This document shows, piece by piece, positions 1-11,084 of a stretch of 57,170 nt of DNA (position 1 is its first letter; every line of letters starts with the position of its first letter). Below the pieces are notes generated by a model, which ran no database searches, was not told the DNA's origin, and was given only the letters and a program-made list of their open reading frames with translations. The translations under genes were made by a program, and so were the position numbers. Source of the stretch: Alphaproteobacteria bacterium (lineage in GTDB: Bacteria; Myxococcota_A; UBA796; SXON01); contig JBEIQZ010000001.1 of NCBI GenBank assembly GCA_040376255.1, positions 1 to 57,170 on the forward strand. The letters are read 5' to 3'.

Positions 1-560
1 CCGCCGAAGCCGCCCGGACGCGGAGGGCCGCCGAAGCCGCCCGGACGCGGAGGGCCGCCGAAGCCGGGGCGCGGAGGGCCGCCGGGGCCGTCAGGGCGGA
101 AGCCGCCCCGATCCCCGAAGGCAGGGCGATCGCGGAAGCCGCCGGGACGATCCCCGCCAGGGCGATCCCCGGTGCGATCGCTGCCGAAGCCGGGACGATC
201 TCCGCCCCGATCCCCGCCACCGCCGAAACCAGGACGATCCCCGCCCCGATCCCCGCCATAGCCAGGACGATCCCCGCCCCGATCCCCGCCGTAGCCAGGG
301 CGATCCCCGCCGTAGCCAGGGCGATCCCCGCCCCGATCGCCGTAGGCCGGACGCTCCGGACGATCCCCGCCCGGACTCCCACCACGGTCGCCATAGCCGG
401 GACGATCCCCGCCGCGATTTTCATAGGGGGGGCGCTCAGGACGATCTCCGCCCGCAGCACCTGCCCTATAGGGAGGACGGTCCCCCTGACCAGCGAAGCG
501 GTCGCCACCGGCGCCACGGTCGCCACCGTAGCCACGATCTACGCCATAGCCACCACCGCC
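1..560. repeat. In-frame degenerate tandem repeats encoding the RRM protein tail
   Basis: The 27-bp unit ccgccgaagccgcccggacgcggaggg occurs at 1-27 and 28-54, with a shortened copy at 55-78. After that come many ~30-bp units containing gatccccgcc. Confidence 0.8.
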
Positions 561-821
561 GCCCGGGATATCTTTGGGGCGTGCAATGCTGACCTTGAGC
601 TGGCGTCCATGCATCATCTGCCCGTCGAACAGGCGCGCAATATCTTCTGCTGCCTGTTCAGTTGCCATCTCCACAAAGCCGAAGCCTCGGGGACGGCCGG
701 TCTCGCGATCCATGATGAGGTTGACGGATACGACCTTACGGCCGTCGCGTGAGAAAATCTCCCTCACGTCTTCCACAGTAACAGTGTAGGGAAGGTTCCC
801 TACATATACACTCCGGGACAT
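1..821 (-). CDS. RRM-type RNA-binding protein with a very long Gly/Asp/Arg/Pro repeat tail (3' end runs off the window)
   Basis: ATG at 821-819. Hand translation: MSRSVYVGNLPYTVTVEDVREIFSRDGRKVVSVNLIMDRETGRPRGFGFVEMATEQAADDIARLFDGQMMHGRQLKVSIARPK. This shows RNP2 (VYVGNL) and RNP1 (RGFGFVEM). It is followed by more than 190 aa of GDRPGYG / GGPPRPGGFG repeats, open to position 1. It is not in the ORF track because no stop codon lies inside the window. Confidence 0.85.
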   Translation of the reverse strand, partial: MSRSVYVGNLPYTVTVEDVREIFSRDGRKVVSVNLIMDRETGRPRGFGFVEMATEQAAEDIARLFDGQMMHGRQLKVSIARPKDIPGGGGGYGVDRGYGGDRGAGGDRFAGQGDRPPYRAGAAGGDRPERPPYENRGGDRPGYGDRGGSPGGDRPERPAYGDRGGDRPGYGGDRPGYGGDRGGDRPGYGGDRGGDRPGFGGGGDRGGDRPGFGSDRTGDRPGGDRPGGFRDRPAFGDRGGFRPDGPGGPPRPGFGGPPRPGGFGGPPRPGGFG

Positions 822-849
822 TCGGCCCGACACTCTCTTCTTGGGAAAC

Positions 850-901
850 TGGTCAAAAGCACTGACCGGGTTGCGGTCACACTGCGTCAAGCCTGACGCA
901 G
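850..901 (-). terminator. Two adjacent hairpins between the beta-barrel-like gene and the RRM gene; possible terminator or RRM-gene 5' leader
   Basis: Hairpin 1 is ctgcgtca(882-889)/tgacgcag(894-901). Hairpin 2 is tgaccg/cggtca (863-879), followed on the minus-strand RNA by GUGCUUUUG. The U-tract is short. Confidence 0.3.
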
Positions 902-955
902 CATGTGTAGAGTCTACGATCCGCGCTCAACAGTCAAGGGCTTTCTGAAAAAAAC

Positions 956-1534
956 CTACCACTGCACCAGCGCTTCCAGGCTGACCTGGGGGCGGAAGGT
1001 GAAATCTGCGGTCAGTTCGCGCTGATCGACGACCTGATAGCCCCAGCCCTTGCCCGCAAGCCGGAGCCCGTACTGGCCAAAGCGAAACAGCAGATCTCCG
1101 CCGCCCATCGCCGCGATAGAGGGGGAGACGTCATAGTTTGTGTCGTCGGTCACCAGCGCGTCGTTCGATACGTGGGCCGACCAGACCACGCCGGTCCCGA
1201 CGCGGAAGTGGAATTCCCAGGCGAAGCCCTTCGGCTGGTGGTGGGGGATGCGGAAGCCGAGATCGCCGTAGATGCCGTGGCGCAGGTAGAACAGATCCTC
1301 GTTCCGCTCAGCGTCCTCCCCGAGCCCCGGCTCCATCGGCAGCGGCGTGGCGAACCCGCCGAACTCTGCCGCGAGGATGCGCGTGGTGCGGGACTCGAAG
1401 CTGCCGGTCAGCCCGACCGGTGAAGGGCCGCCGACCCAGGTCGCTCCGACCATTACACGGTTGAGCGGATCCAGGGCCATCGGCACACCCGCCTCCGCCT
1501 CACTGATCATCGACAGACACAACAGGGCCAGCAT
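956..1534 (-). CDS. Small secreted protein, possibly an outer-membrane beta-barrel
   Basis: ATG at 1534 is preceded by GGGAGG. Signal-like N-terminus MLALLCLSMISEAEA|G. Alternating hydrophobic pattern and aromatic C-terminus (ALVQW). No named family recognised. Confidence 0.5.
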   Translation of the reverse strand: MLALLCLSMISEAEAGVPMALDPLNRVMVGATWVGGPSPVGLTGSFESRTTRILAAEFGGFATPLPMEPGLGEDAERNEDLFYLRHGIYGDLGFRIPHHQPKGFAWEFHFRVGTGVVWSAHVSNDALVTDDTNYDVSPSIAAMGGGDLLFRFGQYGLRLAGKGWGYQVVDQRELTADFTFRPQVSLEALVQW

Positions 1535-1600
1535 AGAACCTCCCGTCCCCGTACAGGTGCGGAGACGCTGGCGGATGTTTAGCCGCATATTACCGGACTG

Positions 1601-2707
1601 TCATCCCAGCAGATAGGGATGCAGCCTGCGGAGCCCCTCAAGGTCATGGATCTCGCCGGACAGGCGCGGGATCTCCTGGATCCACAGCCCCGCCCCGGCC
1701 ATGCGCCGCAGGCGCTCCACGCGCTCCCGATCCAGCGCTGAGAGCTCCCGGAGCCGCCGGTGCGCCGCGCCGAGCCGCGCGAGCACCCTGGGCGCCACCG
1801 CCGCATCGATCTGCCGCGCCGCCGCGCCCAGCAGCACCTCCGGATCGAGCGGGCGCTGGCTCGCCTGGTGGACCTGGTTCACCACCACCCCGGCGGTAGG
1901 GCAATTCCGCCGCCCCAGCTCCTGCAGGAAGAACTCTGCGACCTCCACGGACGGATCGGTGGGCGCGGAGACGACGACGAAGCGCGTCGTCGGCGCGATG
2001 AACAGCCGTCCGACCGCTTCATGTCGTTCCCTGAATCCCTCATAGAACTCTTTGAAAATATTGAAGAAAGTCGAAAGCTCATTGAGGAACTCCCGCCCGA
2101 AGATGTGGCCCAGCAGCCGGAACACCATCGTCGTCGTCCCCGCGAGGAGCCGCCGCCCCAGCCGCTCCTCCTCTGCGCCGCTGAGGAACCACTTCATGAT
2201 CTGCTTGTCGAGGAACCGGGTCATGCGCCCCGGAGACTCCAGGAAGTCCAGCGCGTTCTTGACCGGCGGCGTGTCGAGCACGATGAGGTCATACCGGCCA
2301 GAGCTGTAGACGTCATAGAGCCGCTCGGTGGCCATGTACTCCTGGCTGCCGGAGAAGTTCCCGGCGATGGCCTGAAAGATCCGGTTGTTGAGCACGGAGT
2401 CCCGGTGGGCATCATCGCGGGAGAGGCGCCCGATGACCTCCCGCAGCGTGCTGGGCGCGTCCAGCATCATCGCCCACAGCTCGCCCGGGACGTCCGGCAG
2501 CGGGATGCGGACCTCGGTGTTGCCGAACTCCCGGATGCCGAGCGAATTCGCCAGCCGCCGCGCCGGATCGATGGTCAGCACCAGCACCCGCCGCCCCGCC
2601 ATCGCGCCCGCCAGCGCCAGTGAGGCCGCCGTCGTGGTCTTACCCACCCCTCCCGACCCCACGCACACCAGCAGCCGCCTGCTCTCTACCACCTCACGCA
2701 GCCGCAT
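1601..2707 (-). CDS. ArsA/Get3-like P-loop ATPase (second of a tandem pair)
   Basis: Deviant Walker A in VGSGGVGKTTTAASLA. ATG at 2707 is preceded by GGAGGGAAG; the track ORF starts at GTG 2722. Confidence 0.75.
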   Translation of the reverse strand: MRLREVVESRRLLVCVGSGGVGKTTTAASLALAGAMAGRRVLVLTIDPARRLANSLGIREFGNTEVRIPLPDVPGELWAMMLDAPSTLREVIGRLSRDDAHRDSVLNNRIFQAIAGNFSGSQEYMATERLYDVYSSGRYDLIVLDTPPVKNALDFLESPGRMTRFLDKQIMKWFLSGAEEERLGRRLLAGTTTMVFRLLGHIFGREFLNELSTFFNIFKEFYEGFRERHEAVGRLFIAPTTRFVVVSAPTDPSVEVAEFFLQELGRRNCPTAGVVVNQVHQASQRPLDPEVLLGAAARQIDAAVAPRVLARLGAAHRRLRELSALDRERVERLRRMAGAGLWIQEIPRLSGEIHDLEGLRRLHPYLLG

Positions 2708-2740
2708 CTTCCCTCCTGCCACCCCGCAAGGGTGTCCGTA

Positions 2741-3685
2741 TCACGCCCGCCACACGAGCGGCGCGGCGCTCTGCCGGGCCAGCGCCGCGCTGGTCTGCTC
2801 CACCACCCGCGCCGATCCGTCGCCCCGCGACAGCACCGGCACCGAGAGCAGCGCGGTGTCCAGCCCCGCCAACCGCTCCCGCGCCTCCGCCGTCGCCACC
2901 TCCAGCCCGGCCTCCCACCGCCCCGCCTCCACCAGCTCCTGAGCGGGGCCCGGCGTGCCGGCGGTGTCCGCCGCCAGCCGCTCCAGCATCGCCCGCTCAT
3001 CTGCAGCGAGAGAGGGGTTGGTCGCACGGTTAAGTATCACCTGAAGGATCCGGAGCATCGGAAGTTCAGACCGGAGCTTCCGGAAGGTCTCGATGGTCTC
3101 AGTGACGACCATCTCCTCCGGCAGCGCCACCTGCACCACCCCTACGCCCTCCTTCGGGTAGAAGGCCAGCAGCTCGTCCGCGCAGGCCCGGATCGGCCCC
3201 GCGTCGAACAGCCGCCGCGCCGTGTTCGGCACCGCCAGCATCGCCACCGCGTTCCCCGACGCCGGGAGATCCACCACCACGCAGTCGTACTGCTGAGTGA
3301 GCCGGTACACCCGCCACAGCAGCACGAGATCCCGCGCCCCCGGGGTGGCGTCGAGGAAGATGCTGACCACCCGGTTGTGCGTGATCATGCGGACCACGCG
3401 CGGGATCGAGACGATGTCGGAGAGGAAGTCGTCCATCGCCGGGTTCCACTCGACGTTGCACACCGACAGCCGGGGCGACACCTCCTGCGGGACGTAGCCG
3501 GGCGTCACGCCGAAGATCGAGGTGAGCGAGGAGCGCTGATTGTCCAATTCGGCCACCAGCGTCCGCCGCCCCTGCGCCGCCGCGAGCCGTCCGATTGCCG
3601 CCGCGATGGTGGTCTTGCCCGTCCCCCCCTTCCCGGTCAGGAAGAGGGCACGGCTCCGGAGAAGCACGCTGCTGTCTGCGCTCAT
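2741..3685 (-). CDS. ArsA/Get3-like P-loop ATPase (first of a tandem pair)
   Basis: LTGKGGTGKTTIAAAIG P-loop. ATG 3685 is the first start after the gyrB stop; the track ORF extends to 3757 and would overlap gyrB. Confidence 0.75.
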   Translation of the reverse strand: MSADSSVLLRSRALFLTGKGGTGKTTIAAAIGRLAAAQGRRTLVAELDNQRSSLTSIFGVTPGYVPQEVSPRLSVCNVEWNPAMDDFLSDIVSIPRVVRMITHNRVVSIFLDATPGARDLVLLWRVYRLTQQYDCVVVDLPASGNAVAMLAVPNTARRLFDAGPIRACADELLAFYPKEGVGVVQVALPEEMVVTETIETFRKLRSELPMLRILQVILNRATNPSLAADERAMLERLAADTAGTPGPAQELVEAGRWEAGLEVATAEARERLAGLDTALLSVPVLSRGDGSARVVEQTSAALARQSAAPLVWRA

Positions 3686-3734
3686 GCTGCCCTGTATAGC
3701 GCGGGGGGCTTCGCCGCGACAGCGCCGCTCTGGA

Positions 3735-6194
<2,460 letters not shown>

Positions 6195-6262
6195 CTATCC
6201 CGTCCAGACAGATCCTGCACGCCTGATCTGCACAGATATTCAAATAACCGGGGCCGCACGGC

Positions 6263-7387
6263 TCAGTGCGCGAGGAGCGTCGCCTGCCCCTGATCTATCT
6301 TGTAATAGATGGCGTCTGACGCCCCGGATGGCAGGTATCGCACATCGGTCGTAGTGACAAATATCTGCGCCCCGAGCCCGCGCAGCAGCCGGACGAGCTG
6401 CTCGGTGCGGGAGGGATCCAGCTCGCTCCCGAGGTCGTCCATCAGGAACAGCGGCGCCTCGCCCGCCGCCCGCGCCACCTCGACCTCAGCGAGCTTCCAG
6501 GCCAGCACCAGCGACCGGCTCTGGCCCTGGGAGGCGAAGGCGCGCGCGCCCTGAGTGCCGCCCTGGGTGCCGCCCTGCGGATCTCCCTGGGCGCCGATGC
6601 GGAACAGCAGCTCGTCCCGCTGCGGCCCGACAAGGCAGCGCCCGCGCCGGATCTCCTCCTCGCCCTTCTCTGCCAGCTCCGCGCGCCAGCGCTCCTCCCA
6701 GCGCGCCGGATCGTCGCCCAGCGAGGGGCGGTAGCGCACCTCGGCCCGCTCCTGGCCGGTGAACTCGCCGTAGGTGCGCTCGAAGATGGGCACCATGCGC
6801 CGCATCGTGGAGGCGCGCCCCTCCATGATGCGGAGGCCGCTCTGGATGAGTTGCTCGTCGATGATCTCCAGCTGCGCCCGGTCGGGCGAGGGCTGCCGCA
6901 GCAGGGCGGTCTTGTGCGCCGAGAGCCGCCGCCAGACCTGCACCGGCTCCAGGTGGCCCGGCTCCACGGTGAACACCGCCCGATCCAGCAGCGCGCGCCG
7001 CAGCGAGGGCTCTCCCCGGATCAGCGCGGTGTCCTCGGGGGTGAAGTGGCAGGCGCGCATCGAGGTGAGCCAGGCGGTCGGCGCGACGGCCTTCCCGTCC
7101 CGGCGCAGCGCCCGCTCCCCCTCCTGCATGGTGAAGCGCCAGGTGCGGGTCATGCCCTCCGACTGGCCCTGACCCTCCACCGAGAAGCCCGGCCGCCCCC
7201 AGCCCGCCAGCTCCTGAAGCCGGGCCGTGCGGAAGCTCTTGAGCAGCCCCAGCACCCCCACCGCCTCCAGCAGGTTGGTCTTGCCCTGACCGTTGGGCCC
7301 GACAAACGCCACAAGCGGCGCCGCCAGGGAGATGTGCGCCTCGTGGAGGTTGCGGAAGCCGCTGACACCGAGCTGCTGGAGGAGCAT
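6263..7387 (-). CDS. recF: DNA replication/repair protein RecF
   Basis: FRNL...VGPNGQGKTNLLEA Walker A, LFLMDDLGSELD Walker B, and its position after dnaN. Confidence 0.93.
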   Translation of the reverse strand: MLLQQLGVSGFRNLHEAHISLAAPLVAFVGPNGQGKTNLLEAVGVLGLLKSFRTARLQELAGWGRPGFSVEGQGQSEGMTRTWRFTMQEGERALRRDGKAVAPTAWLTSMRACHFTPEDTALIRGEPSLRRALLDRAVFTVEPGHLEPVQVWRRLSAHKTALLRQPSPDRAQLEIIDEQLIQSGLRIMEGRASTMRRMVPIFERTYGEFTGQERAEVRYRPSLGDDPARWEERWRAELAEKGEEEIRRGRCLVGPQRDELLFRIGAQGDPQGGTQGGTQGARAFASQGQSRSLVLAWKLAEVEVARAAGEAPLFLMDDLGSELDPSRTEQLVRLLRGLGAQIFVTTTDVRYLPSGASDAIYYKIDQGQATLLAH

Positions 7388-7393
7388 GGGTCG

Positions 7394-8536
7394 TCAGTCC
7401 AGCCGGACGGGCATGACGACGAACAGCGCGTTGACGGACTGCGGATCGTCCTCCTGCGGCTTGAGGATGCAGGGGGAGAGCGCTTCTCCGAGCTCCAGCA
7501 CCACCCGCGCCGAGGGGATCGCGGCCAGCACGTCCTGCACGAACTTCGCGTTGAAGCCCATCGTCAGCGGCTCGCCCTGCAGCTCCACCGGCACCTCCTC
7601 GCGCGCGTCGCCCGCGTCGAGCTTCCGCGCGGTCAGCACCAGACCCTCCGCCGAGAACGCGAACCGCACCGAGTGCGAGCCGTCTGAGGCGAAGATCGAG
7701 ACGCGCTTCAGGCCATCGATGAACGCCTCGCGATCCACGATCACCCGGCGTTTGAACGTCGTCGGGAGAACCTCCTTGTAGCTCGGGAACTCCGCCTCCA
7801 GCAGCCGCATGTGGACCACCGTGCCCTCGAAGCGCACCACCGCTGAGCGATCCCCGAAGCCGATCTGCACCGGCCCTGACAGCCCGTCGAGCATCTTCCG
7901 CACCTCAGCCAGCGGCTTGCGCGGCAGCAGCAGGCGCTTGCCGATCCCCAGGGTCCCCTCGAACGGCCCCTGCGCCCAGGAGAGCCGGTTCCCGTCCGTG
8001 CCGACCATCCGGAGCGCCTTCGCCCCGTCCCGGCCCCCGTCCTTCAGCGGCACCACGTCCAGGTGCGCCCCGTTCAGCCCGTAGCGGTTGTCGTCCGGCG
8101 CGATGCTGAACCAGGTCTGATCGATGATCCGGCGCAGATCCGCCGCCTGCATCGTCAGCTGCCCCGGCGTCTCCAGCCCCGGCGTGGGCGGGAAGTCCCC
8201 CGGCGCCTGCCCGGCGAGCTTGTAGTAGGACTTGCCGCAGCGCAGATCGAGCCGGTGGTTGTCGCCGAGCGTCACCGCCACCACGTCCGAGGCCAACACC
8301 CGCGCCACCGAGAAGGCGTTGGCCGCGTCGACCGCCACCTCGCCCGGCACGTTCACCGTCGCAGCGAAGTCGCCGACGAAGGTCATCGCCTTGTCGGCTG
8401 CCGTGATCCGCAGCCCGCCCTCGCGGGCCTGGAGCAGGACGGCTGACAGGATGGGGGTGGCGCTGCGCTTCTCGATGATGCCCTGCACCCTTGAGAGGGC
8501 GCGGATCAGTTCATCCCGCTGGATCAGGAACTCCAT
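7394..8536 (-). CDS. dnaN: DNA polymerase III beta sliding clamp
   Basis: 380 aa with a typical DnaN N-terminus (L..AL..V..IIEKRSATPILS..LL). Sits between dnaA and recF. Confidence 0.95.
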   Translation of the reverse strand: MEFLIQRDELIRALSRVQGIIEKRSATPILSAVLLQAREGGLRITAADKAMTFVGDFAATVNVPGEVAVDAANAFSVARVLASDVVAVTLGDNHRLDLRCGKSYYKLAGQAPGDFPPTPGLETPGQLTMQAADLRRIIDQTWFSIAPDDNRYGLNGAHLDVVPLKDGGRDGAKALRMVGTDGNRLSWAQGPFEGTLGIGKRLLLPRKPLAEVRKMLDGLSGPVQIGFGDRSAVVRFEGTVVHMRLLEAEFPSYKEVLPTTFKRRVIVDREAFIDGLKRVSIFASDGSHSVRFAFSAEGLVLTARKLDAGDAREEVPVELQGEPLTMGFNAKFVQDVLAAIPSARVVLELGEALSPCILKPQEDDPQSVNALFVVMPVRLD

Positions 8537-8554
8537 GAATCTCCTCCGGTCATC

Positions 8555-8815
8555 AATTACAAGATCTCTCAGATCTTAGATCTATCTGAGAGATCTTGAT
8601 GATGTTGTTGCATGTCTATGGATAAGCCTAAGAACTCATATATGGCAGGTTGAAGCTGCCAACGTCTTATGGATAAGTCTATGGACAACTTCTGGATAAC
8701 TCGGCAGTTATCCATAGGGGGGGGCCGGGACGCACCTGGAGCGTCTAAGTTATCCATAGATGGGAAAACTTGTCCACAGGTTGTCCACAGGTTGTCCACA
8801 GGGTTATCCATAGGA
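8555..8815. other. Candidate chromosomal replication origin (oriC): AT-richer palindrome plus at least 10 DnaA-box-like 9-mers in the dnaA-dnaN spacer
   Basis: TGTGGATAA-type boxes at 8617-8625, 8668-8676, 8680-8688 and 8691-8699. TTATCCATA at 8708-8716, 8750-8758 and 8804-8812. TTGTCCACA three times at 8770, 8781 and 8792, spaced 11 bp apart. A 14-bp perfect inverted repeat lies at 8561-8574/8584-8597 in the least GC-rich part. Confidence 0.8.
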
Positions 8816-8981
8816 ATTGTCGGCGTTTGCCCGTGTACCAAATGTTTCTGCGTTGCGATGGGAGAGCGGCGGGCGGGACGGTTGTCCCCACCCCTGATCA
8901 CCCGCCGATCAGATCCGGTATGGCAGGCGCCCCGATCACGCGCATGATCAGGGGCGCCCGGCAGGTCGGCAGATCCGCTGC

Positions 8982-10286
8982 TCAGCTCGCCCGGCACAGC
9001 CGCTCCAGCAGGTCGATCTCTGCCCGCAGGTTCGGATCGATCTGCGCCTGCTCCTCCACCTTGCGGCAGGCGTACTGCACCGTGGAGTTGTCCCGCCCGA
9101 ACTCGCGCCCGATCTCCGGGAAGGAGAGGTTGGTCAGCTTGCGTGTCAGGAACATCGCCATCTGGCGGGGGTTGGCGATGTTCGCCGGGCGCCGGTTGCC
9201 CCGGATGTCCGTCGGGCGCAGGTGGTAGTGCTCGGCGATCCGGTTGATGATCTGCTCGGCGGTGGGCGGCGGCGCCATCGGCGGCACGAGATCGCCGAGG
9301 AAGTGCTGCACGGAGGCCATCGTCACCGGGCGCTGGTGGTGGTTCGCCATCGCCTTGAGCCGGTTCAGCACCCCCTCCATCTCCCGCACGCTGGCGCGGA
9401 CGTGGAGCGCGATCTGGTACTGCACCTCTGTCGGGAGGAACAGGGCCATCGCCTCAGACTTCTGAGCCACGATCGCCATCATCGTCTCAGTGTCCGGCGG
9501 CTGGACGTCCGCCAGCAGCCCGCCCTCGAAGCGCGTCCGCAGCCGGGGTTCGAGCTTGCCGATGCTGCGCGGCGGCTCGTCGGCGGTCAGCACGATCTGC
9601 CTGCCCTCCGCCTTCATCATCTCGAAGAGGTAGAACAGCTCCTCCTCGGTGCGATCCCGGCCCGCCAGGAATTGCACATCGTCGAGCAGCAGGACGTCCA
9701 CCTCTGTCTGGAGCTGCTTCCGGAAGTCCGCGATGCTGCGGTTCTGCAGCGAGCGCACCATCTGATCGAAGAACTGGTTGGACTGGTAGTAGGCGACCCC
9801 CTTGTTGCGCGCCGCCACCCGGTTCCCGATGGCATGCGCGAGGTGCGTCTTGCCGAGGCCCGTCTCCCCGTAGATGAACAGCGGGTTGTGCGCCCGCCCC
9901 GGATCGTCGGCGACCGCGCAGGCCGCCGCGTGGGCGAATTCGTTGCACTTGCCGACAACGAAGTTCTCGAAGGTCATGTTCGGGTCGATGCGCGTGCTGG
10001 GCCGGGGGCCGCTCGGCACCGCCGGCATCGCCATCGTCGAGCTCAGCCCCTCACAGAGCAATTCCACCGCGACGTTCGGCCCGACCAGCTCCTTCCATGC
10101 CTGCTCAATGTCGAGCAGGAGGTTGTCTTTGATCCAGTCGTAGTGGTAACGGCTCTCCACCCGGAGCTGGATCCGCTGCCCGCCGATCTGCTCGGGACGC
10201 AGTGCGGGCCGGATCCAGATCTCCATGTTCTGCGCCCCTACCCTGCGTTCCAGGGTACTGCAGAATTGGGCCCATGCCTGCTCCAT
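8982..10286 (-). CDS. dnaA: Chromosomal replication initiator DnaA
   Basis: 434 aa. Contains NPLFIYGETGLGKTHL (AAA+ Walker A), LLLDDVQF, and the C-terminal DNA-binding helix region (IANPRQMAMFLTRKLTNLSFPEIGREFGRDNSTV). Confidence 0.97.
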   Translation of the reverse strand: MEQAWAQFCSTLERRVGAQNMEIWIRPALRPEQIGGQRIQLRVESRYHYDWIKDNLLLDIEQAWKELVGPNVAVELLCEGLSSTMAMPAVPSGPRPSTRIDPNMTFENFVVGKCNEFAHAAACAVADDPGRAHNPLFIYGETGLGKTHLAHAIGNRVAARNKGVAYYQSNQFFDQMVRSLQNRSIADFRKQLQTEVDVLLLDDVQFLAGRDRTEEELFYLFEMMKAEGRQIVLTADEPPRSIGKLEPRLRTRFEGGLLADVQPPDTETMMAIVAQKSEAMALFLPTEVQYQIALHVRASVREMEGVLNRLKAMANHHQRPVTMASVQHFLGDLVPPMAPPPTAEQIINRIAEHYHLRPTDIRGNRRPANIANPRQMAMFLTRKLTNLSFPEIGREFGRDNSTVQYACRKVEEQAQIDPNLRAEIDLLERLCRAS

Positions 10287-10487
10287 ACCGCCTTTCCGCC
10301 TTCCCGTGAGCCTTCTTGTGAACCTTCCCCGTCCACGCTCTGTTTCCCCCTGTACCCGGATCGGTGCAGGGGTTCAAGGGAGGGAGGAGAAATTTCCGTC
10401 GCTGGATCTTCGCCTGCCCCCTTGCCAAGCGCCTCAGATCCGATTATCCGGCGGGGCCGTTTTTAGAGCCAGAAGAAGGGAGTTCCG

Positions 10488-10643
10488 ATGAAGCGTACCT
10501 ATCAGCCTCACAACCAGCGCCGCAAGCGCACCCATGGCTTCCGGGCCCGCATGCAGACCCCCGGTGGTCGCGCCACTCTCGCCCGCCGCCGCGCCCGGGG
10601 GCGCAAGCGTCTCGCCGTGGTGGTTGCAACCAAGCGCAGCTGA
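10488..10643 (+). CDS. rpmH: 50S ribosomal protein L34
   Basis: Hand translation: [51 protein letters not shown] (51 aa). AGAAGAAGGGAG lies upstream. Too short for the ORF track. Confidence 0.95.
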   Translation: MKRTYQPHNQRRKRTHGFRARMQTPGGRATLARRRARGRKRLAVVVATKRS

Positions 10644-10674
10644 TACGCCGGTTTTCCGGAAGAGACACTCCACG

Positions 10675-11040
10675 ATGGAGAGGCTTCTGCGCAGCCATGA
10701 CTTCCGACGGATTCAGGGTTCCGGTCGGAAGGTGCGCTCCACGCACCTGCTCCTCCTCGCGCTCCCGCGAAGACGTGCTCCAACGACCCAACAGACAGTG
10801 TCATTGGGCGCTGTGCCGGTTGTCGATTGCCGGTTCGGGCTTACCGTAAGCCGCAAGGTGGGCAACGCTGTGACGCGCAATCGTATCAAACGCTGGCTCA
10901 GGGAGGCGATCCGTCACCTCCCCCCGCCTGCGCGCGGCCCGTGGGATCTCGTGCTGATCCCGCACGCGGAGGCCATCAACGCCGGGTACCACGCGCTCGT
11001 TCAGGAAGTCGCCGATCTCTGGCAACGGGTCGCCCGTTGA
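10675..11040 (+). CDS. rnpA: RNase P protein component
   Basis: Starts at internal ATG 10675 of the 10534 ORF: [13 protein letters not shown]...[25 protein letters not shown] (RNR motif). Follows rpmH. Confidence 0.9.
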   Translation: MERLLRSHDFRRIQGSGRKVRSTHLLLLALPRRRAPTTQQTVSLGAVPVVDCRFGLTVSRKVGNAVTRNRIKRWLREAIRHLPPPARGPWDLVLIPHAEAINAGYHALVQEVADLWQRVAR

Positions 11041-11084
11041 GTGATGCTCTCCCACGGACAGATGCCCGGCCCCCGGATCAAGCT

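Noticed and set aside
8522-8600. GATC clustering as evidence for Dam/SeqA-type origin control
   Set aside because: GATC (often as CGATCG or GGATC) is frequent throughout this window, so the local cluster alone is not informative. It is kept only as part of the palindrome observation.
8569-8997. 142-aa minus-strand and 92-aa plus-strand ORFs inside the dnaA-dnaN spacer
   Set aside because: They lie across the DnaA-box field. Their translations are driven by the repeated box sequences (MDN, LSI), and no start context is present.
10287-10487. DnaA boxes or oriC upstream of dnaA (the dnaA-rpmH spacer)
   Set aside because: Only weak partial matches are present (gattatccg, cgtccacg). The strong box field lies in the dnaA-dnaN spacer instead.
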